This document shows, one piece after another, positions 58,365 through 64,000 of a stretch of 64,000 nt of DNA. Under the pieces are notes generated by a model, which was not told the DNA's origin, did no database searches, and saw only the letters and a list, made by a program, of their open reading frames with translations. Numbering within the stretch: the stretch's first letter is position 1; the number at the start of each line of letters is the position of its first letter. Position numbers and translations under genes: made by a program. The DNA comes from Finegoldia sp. (GTDB taxonomy: Bacteria; Bacillota; Clostridia; Tissierellales; Peptoniphilaceae), in assembly GCA_034180305.1 (NCBI GenBank), contig JAXFOR010000005.1, positions 139,758-203,757 on the forward strand, given 5' to 3'.

Positions 58365-60992
58365 CTATGAATTTAATATTTCAATAACCTTTTCTTCCCC
58401 TTTAACTAAAGCTTCACTTACTTTTGATAAATCTTTACCACCGGCTTGGGCAAAGTCCTTTCTTCCTCCGCCGTTTCCACCTGTAACTTGAGAAACAAGC
58501 CTTACAATTTCATCTGCTCTAACTCCGGCTTCTATTATTGAATCACTGGCTAATCCTATAAAGTTTAGCTTATCATCACCTGTATTGGATAAAATTACAA
58601 GTCCATCTTTAATCTTTGACTTTATTTTTTCTCCAATATCTCTTAACATATTGTTATCCAAACCTTCAAAAGAGTTTGTTACAATTTTGTATTTGTCTAT
58701 AGCCTTAGCATTATCGATTATTTTATCGATATCCTTATCAACATCTACTTGTTGGATATTTTTTATTTTCCTCTTTAAGTCCTTATTTTCTTCGATATAA
58801 GAACTTATTCTATTAATTATTTCATTTTCGTCTTTTGCTTTTATCGCTTCTTTTATCTGATCAACCCTATTTTCTTTATCTAATAGATACTTGTAAACTT
58901 GTCTTCCTGTAATAGCTTCTATTCTTCTAACTCCTGCAGCTACACTGGATTCAGAAATTATTTTGAACATTTGAATATCGCTTGTAGTTTTTACGTGAGT
59001 TCCCCCACATAATTCCTTGGAATAATCTCCCATTTGAACTACTCTTACTATATCTTGATACTTGTCTTCAAAAAGTCCCATTGCCCCTATTTCTTGTGAA
59101 TCTTCAAGACTCATTTCATCTGTTCTGACAGGAAGTCCTCTTGCAATTTTATCATTAACTATCTTTTCAACTTCCTTTAATTGATCAGGGCTAATAGCTT
59201 CAAAATGTGTTACGTCAAATCTAAGTCTTTCATCATCTACATATGAACCCGCTTGATTTACGTGCTTTCCTACTACATCTTTTAAAGCTTGGTGAAGAAG
59301 GTGAGTCGCTGAGTGATTTTTCATAATATCTCTTCTTCTCATAATATCAACTTCAGCTATCAAGCTGTCACCTAGCTTAAGCTCTCCTTCAAGAACCTCA
59401 ACATAGTGGAGGTATACCTTCTTACTTGTTTTTTTAGTATCATATACTCTTATTTTACAAGCTTGATTATATAAATATCCCTTATCTCCTACTTGACCTC
59501 CGCCTTCGCCATAAAAAGGAGTCCTGTCAAGTATGATTATACCACTATCTCCTACTTTTAAAGTATCTTTGTCGCAATTTGTATATATTCCTAAAACTTT
59601 AGCTTCATCCTTTAGATGACTATATCCACTAAATACTGTTTCCTCAAACCCTTCACCATAATTTTTCCTGTCGCCTGACCAGCCAAAATTATCTTCATTT
59701 CTTGAGCTTCTAGCTAGTTCTCTCTGTTCTTCCATTAATTGATTAAATTTTTCTTCGTCTACTTTTTTGCCGCGCTCCTCTACAATTTCAACTGTCAATT
59801 CCTTAGGGAATCCATAAGTATCGTATAATTTAAAAGCATCTTCTCCGGAGAAAACTTCACTATCATTATTTTCAAGCATTTGATCAAGCTTTAAAAGACC
59901 TATATCAAGAGTTTCTTGGAATTTAGTTTCTTCAGCATTTGCTATTCTTACTATCCTGTCCCTACTATCTTGTAATTCAGGATATCCTGATTTGTAGGCC
60001 TCTATACAAGTATCTATAAGCTCTTCTAAGAATTTTCCTTCAATTCCTATTAATTTTCCATGTCTACAAGCCCTACGAATTAATCTTCTTAAAACATAAC
60101 CTCTTTGCTCATTGCTAGGTATTACCCCATCGTAGATTAAGAAAGTAAGAGCTCTTATGTGGTCTGCAATTATTCTTACACTTACATCTGTATCCTTGTC
60201 TTTATTGTACTGAATTCCTGAAAGCTCTTCAATTTTTGAAATAATATCTTTAACTAGATTAATTTCAAATATATTATCTGCCCCTTCCAAAACCATTGTA
60301 ATTCTTTCGAGTCCCATACCTGTATCTATATTTGGATGAGCCAAAGGCTGATATTCTCCTTCTTTTGTCTTATTAAATTGAGTAAATACAAGGTTCCATA
60401 CTTCCAAAAATCTATCTGATTCATCTCCAGGCCTTGCATCTTCTCTAGGATCTAGGTCATATCCACGATCTACATAAATTTCTGAGCATGGTCCGCATGG
60501 ACCTTCCTCCAATTCCCAGAAATTGTCTTCTCTACCCAGTCTTACTATCCTATCTTCACTTACTCCGATATCATCTTTCCAAATATTATAAGCTTCATCA
60601 TCATCTTTATAAACACTGACCCATAGGACGTCTTTATCAAGTTCAAGTTCATTAGTTAAAAAATCCCATGCCCATGATATAGCTTCTTTTTTGAAATAGT
60701 CACCGAAGGAAAAGTTACCTAACATTTCAAAAAATGTTCCGTGTCTTTTCGTCTTTCCAACTTCATCTATATCAGCTGTTCTTATACATCTTTGAGAAGA
60801 TGTAGCCCTGTCCTTAGATAATTTTTTTTCACCTGTAAAATATTTTTTCAAAGATGCCATTCCGGCGTTTACAAGTAACAAGCTGTCATCATCTTGGGGT
60901 ATTAAAGAAAAAGACTTTAACACTAGATGGTCTTTTGATTCAAAATAATTTAAAAACTTTTCTCTTATTTCATTTAATCCTAATTCTTTCAT
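58365..60992 (-). CDS. alaS: Alanine--tRNA ligase
   Basis: [36 protein letters not shown]. Confidence 0.99.
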   Translation of the reverse strand: MKELGLNEIREKFLNYFESKDHLVLKSFSLIPQDDDSLLLVNAGMASLKKYFTGEKKLSKDRATSSQRCIRTADIDEVGKTKRHGTFFEMLGNFSFGDYFKKEAISWAWDFLTNELELDKDVLWVSVYKDDDEAYNIWKDDIGVSEDRIVRLGREDNFWELEEGPCGPCSEIYVDRGYDLDPREDARPGDESDRFLEVWNLVFTQFNKTKEGEYQPLAHPNIDTGMGLERITMVLEGADNIFEINLVKDIISKIEELSGIQYNKDKDTDVSVRIIADHIRALTFLIYDGVIPSNEQRGYVLRRLIRRACRHGKLIGIEGKFLEELIDTCIEAYKSGYPELQDSRDRIVRIANAEETKFQETLDIGLLKLDQMLENNDSEVFSGEDAFKLYDTYGFPKELTVEIVEERGKKVDEEKFNQLMEEQRELARSSRNEDNFGWSGDRKNYGEGFEETVFSGYSHLKDEAKVLGIYTNCDKDTLKVGDSGIIILDRTPFYGEGGGQVGDKGYLYNQACKIRVYDTKKTSKKVYLHYVEVLEGELKLGDSLIAEVDIMRRRDIMKNHSATHLLHQALKDVVGKHVNQAGSYVDDERLRFDVTHFEAISPDQLKEVEKIVNDKIARGLPVRTDEMSLEDSQEIGAMGLFEDKYQDIVRVVQMGDYSKELCGGTHVKTTSDIQMFKIISESSVAAGVRRIEAITGRQVYKYLLDKENRVDQIKEAIKAKDENEIINRISSYIEENKDLKRKIKNIQQVDVDKDIDKIIDNAKAIDKYKIVTNSFEGLDNNMLRDIGEKIKSKIKDGLVILSNTGDDKLNFIGLASDSIIEAGVRADEIVRLVSQVTGGNGGGRKDFAQAGGKDLSKVSEALVKGEEKVIEILNS

Positions 60993-61003
60993 TTATTTCC
61001 TCT

Positions 61004-62188
61004 CTATTTATAAAAAAAATCTACTATATCTTTATAATAATGTAAAAACAATATTTTTACTGTAGCAACAAAAGGTATGGATAATATCATACCGAATACG
61101 CCAAAAATACTACCCCCAATTATGACACTAAAAAGTACTGCCAAAGGATTTAGCCCTATGCTTCTACTCATCAACTTAGGAGCTATAAGGTGATTTTCAA
61201 TCCATTGTATTATTACAAATCCTACTACAACCAAAAACGCCTTCCATATTCCTTCTGTAAGAGCTATCAAAATAGCAGGGAATACTGCTATAAATGGACC
61301 TATAAAAGGTATTATGTCTCCCACTGCAGTTAAAACTCCTATTACAAAGGAAAAATCAACTCCTAAAATCAGAAGGTAAATATTAGTTAATACCCCTGTG
61401 AGTATGGCCATCACAAGTCTTGCTATTATAAAATGGCTATAAGCATTATCCAAATCCTTACATACTGCCATAAATTTAGTTTTATTTTTATCAGGAACAT
61501 AAGAAATAATGGAAGTTATAAATTTTTCCTTATACATTATAAGGTAGTATGTCACTATAGGTACTAAAATTAAATTAATAAGATTCCTTATAAAACTCCC
61601 TGTGCTCTGTCCTGTTCTTGATACTATGTCTATTATTCTTCCTTGTAAATTATTTATCTGTGAGCTAAGCTTCACCCATGCATTATTAAATATATCTTTA
61701 GATTCCGGATAATTTTTAAATATATTTCCAATAATTTCCTGTAGGTAAGCAACTGTACCGGATACAAGGCTTGGTAACCTATCTATAAAAGATCTCGCCT
61801 GCTCTGTGATATTAGGTATCACAAGGGCCATTGTAAAAATAAGAATAAAAAGTATTCCTACATATATAGCTAGTATAGAGAATGTTCTCTTCAATCCCTT
61901 TTCTTCTAATTTTTTTACAAGTGGATTTATAATATAGGCTATAATAGTTGAGGCTACAAAAACCCAAAATGTATTTAAAATAATCGGATATTTTATAATA
62001 AAATATAGGACAAAAATTACAAGTAGAATTATTACAGACAATTTTTTGGCATTTTTAAGATTTAACTTGATTTTTTTGCCATAATCAACTTTTTCATTCC
62101 CTATATTTATAAGGTAATATATACTCAAGGCTACTAATACCGTCACAAATATTATAAGGGTATTTACCAGATATTTATTAGCAACCAT
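61004..62188 (-). CDS. AI-2E family transporter (YrrI-like)
   Basis: Polytopic; IPFIGP, QWIENHLIAPK, GLNP. Confidence 0.92.
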   Translation of the reverse strand: MVANKYLVNTLIIFVTVLVALSIYYLINIGNEKVDYGKKIKLNLKNAKKLSVIILLVIFVLYFIIKYPIILNTFWVFVASTIIAYIINPLVKKLEEKGLKRTFSILAIYVGILFILIFTMALVIPNITEQARSFIDRLPSLVSGTVAYLQEIIGNIFKNYPESKDIFNNAWVKLSSQINNLQGRIIDIVSRTGQSTGSFIRNLINLILVPIVTYYLIMYKEKFITSIISYVPDKNKTKFMAVCKDLDNAYSHFIIARLVMAILTGVLTNIYLLILGVDFSFVIGVLTAVGDIIPFIGPFIAVFPAILIALTEGIWKAFLVVVGFVIIQWIENHLIAPKLMSRSIGLNPLAVLFSVIIGGSIFGVFGMILSIPFVATVKILFLHYYKDIVDFFYK

Positions 62189-62193
62189 AGTAA

Positions 62194-62598
62194 TTACCCA
62201 TTAACTATATCTGAAAGGCTTATGTTAAGTACACTTTCATTTAATTTTTCATTTATATTTTCCCAAATGAGCCTATAAGGACATTTACTATATCTTGAAC
62301 ACAAATCTGACCTAAGAACACACTCAGTAGGAGCAAAAAATTCTTCAAGACTAACAAGAACATCCTTAACTGTAATTTCATCAGCAGGTCTTGCTAGATA
62401 ATACCCTCCCTGTGATCCTCTCACAGATCCTAAGATACAATCTTTCTTTAACGGCCTTACTAATTGTTCCAAATAAGACTCACTTATTCCTGTAGATTTT
62501 GATACATCCATTAAACTTATATGTGATCCGTCTTGAGTAACTTTTGCTATATGGCAGACGGCTTGAAGTCCATATCTGCCTCTTGTCGAAAGTCTCAT
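62194..62598 (-). CDS. Rrf2 family regulator (IscR-like, three C-terminal Cys)
   Basis: MRLSTRGRYG, SYLEQ, SVRGSQGGY, C-x6-C-x5-C. Confidence 0.92.
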   Translation of the reverse strand: MRLSTRGRYGLQAVCHIAKVTQDGSHISLMDVSKSTGISESYLEQLVRPLKKDCILGSVRGSQGGYYLARPADEITVKDVLVSLEEFFAPTECVLRSDLCSRYSKCPYRLIWENINEKLNESVLNISLSDIVNG

Positions 62599-62650
62599 AA
62601 AACACCTCTTTATCAATAAATATACCATAGCTAAAAAGTAAAGTAAATAT

Positions 62651-62679
62651 AAAAGGAGCCCTTGTCTAAGGCTCCTTTT
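62651..62679 (-). terminator. Terminator after leuS
   Basis: AAAAGGAGCC...GGCTCCTTTT. Confidence 0.75.
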
Positions 62680-62691
62680 ATGCTCACTTTA

Positions 62692-64000
62692 TTATTTAAC
62701 TACAAGGTTAAATATTTTACCTTTAACATATATTTTCTTTATTATTTCTTTGTCATCGGTATATTTTTTTATAATTTCATCTTGCAGAATTAAATCTAAA
62801 ATTTCTTCTTCTTCAATATCTTTATCAACCTTAAGAGTTATCCTCACTTTACCATTAATTTGGATAGGAAGTTCAATTTCGTCCACCTTTGTCTTTTCTT
62901 CATCATATTCAGGCCAAGCAGCATCGTGAACATAAGCATCATATCCTAATCTTTGCCATAACTCTTCGGTAATATGAGGGCAAACAGGATTTAATAAAGT
63001 AAGATAAATCTTATAGTAGTCTCTTGAAACTTTTCCTAAAGAGTTAAACTCATTTAACAAAGTCATCAATTGAGCAATTGCTGTATTAAATTTTAGACTT
63101 TCGTAATCCTGTGAAACTTTCTTTATAGTTTGGTGAAGAATTGTATCAAGCTCAGGAGTATCTTCATCAACCACAATCTCTTGAGCCTTCCAAACTCTTT
63201 CCAAGAATTTCCTACAACCCTTTACCCCATTTTCTGACCAAGGAGCAGATTTTTCAAAATCCCCTATAAACATTTCATAACATCTAAGCGTATCTGCTCC
63301 GAAGTCTCTTACTATGTCATCAGGATTTACTACATTTCCCCTTGACTTACTCATCTTTTCATTATTGTCACCTAAAATCATACCATGACTTGTTCTTTTT
63401 TTATAAGGCTCACTGTCAGGTACTACTCCTATATCATATAAGAACTTATACCAAAATCTTGAATATAGTAGGTGAAGAGTAGTATGTTCCATCCCTCCAT
63501 TATACCAATCTATAGGCATAGCATAGCTTATATTTTCTTTACTTGCCAAGGCATCGCTATTATCAGGATCAAGGTATCTTAGATAGTACCAGGATGAGCC
63601 TGCCCATTGAGGCATAGTATCAGTTTCTCTTCTAGCATCTCTTCCACACTTAGGACACTTAGTGTGAACAAATTCATCAATCTTTGAAAGAGGAGATTCT
63701 CCATCATCAGTAGGTTCGTAATTTTCTACTTCAGGTAATCTTACAGGTAAATTTTTTTCATCTACAGGAACCCATCCACAGTGGTCGCAGTAAACCATAG
63801 GAATTGGTTCTCCCCAATATCTTTGACGAGAAAATACCCAGTCTCTTAGCTTATAATTCTTTTTTCTTTTTCCGATCTTATTGTCTTCAAGGTAAGCATA
63901 CATCTTTTCCTTACCTTCATTTACGGAAAGGCCGTCTAAAAATCCTGAGTTGATTATCTTTCCATCATTAATATCTGTATAGGCTTCTTGACTGATATCT
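62692..64000 (-). CDS. leuS: Leucine--tRNA ligase, C-terminal part (5' end outside window)
   Basis: [34 protein letters not shown]. Confidence 0.98.
   Translation of the reverse strand, partial: DISQEAYTDINDGKIINSGFLDGLSVNEGKEKMYAYLEDNKIGKRKKNYKLRDWVFSRQRYWGEPIPMVYCDHCGWVPVDEKNLPVRLPEVENYEPTDDGESPLSKIDEFVHTKCPKCGRDARRETDTMPQWAGSSWYYLRYLDPDNSDALASKENISYAMPIDWYNGGMEHTTLHLLYSRFWYKFLYDIGVVPDSEPYKKRTSHGMILGDNNEKMSKSRGNVVNPDDIVRDFGADTLRCYEMFIGDFEKSAPWSENGVKGCRKFLERVWKAQEIVVDEDTPELDTILHQTIKKVSQDYESLKFNTAIAQLMTLLNEFNSLGKVSRDYYKIYLTLLNPVCPHITEELWQRLGYDAYVHDAAWPEYDEEKTKVDEIELPIQINGKVRITLKVDKDIEEEEILDLILQDEIIKKYTDDKEIIKKIYVKGKIFNLVVK

Noticed and set aside
5497-61045. Numerous 60-150 aa plus-strand ORFs in the ORF track (e.g. 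11957-12346, 28771-29229, 38838-39272)
   Set aside because: Antisense shadows of conserved minus-strand genes, with Ser/Phe/Ile-rich composition and no recognisable motifs.
1-64000. CRISPR arrays, tRNA/rRNA genes, IS elements, toxin-antitoxin or recognised defence systems
   Set aside because: No spaced direct repeats, cloverleafs, transposases or known defence genes seen by eye; intergenic gaps are all under about 320 bp.

Overview
AT-rich core chromosomal segment of a low-GC anaerobic Firmicute. Gene content and order look Tissierellia/Peptoniphilaceae-like, which is an inference. Almost all genes are on the minus strand. In order: ynbB-lexA-yneA-xerC; PHP-rny-recA-pgsA-ftsK-dut-pnp-rpsO-ribF-truB-nrnA-rbfA-infB-ylxR-nusA-rimP; an 8-gene type IV/competence pilus cluster; rpsU-hit-mtaB-rsmE-prmA-dnaJ-dnaK-grpE-hrcA (with CIRCE)-hemW-lepA; rpsT; tsf-rpsB-topA; a PC4/Mre11-like/Rad50-like/phosphoesterase/CYTH operon; recX; the ylm cell-division cluster; trhP-trmR-rnj-fur-ruvX-reoM-alaS-Rrf2; and partial leuS. 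I saw no rRNA, tRNA, CRISPR array, IS or prophage. Most notable signals: (1) a symmetric 11-6-11 dif-like site overlapping the predicted transcription start of the lone Xer recombinase gene, near a likely terminus; (2) an operon encoding a membrane-anchored Mre11/Rad50-like pair coupled to PC4, a phosphoesterase, CYTH and topA; (3) hemW apparently starting at ATT; (4) an unannotated 30-aa membrane peptide coupled to recX; (5) frameshifts in yneA and rsmE; (6) a probable leaderless transcript heading the sepF operon.
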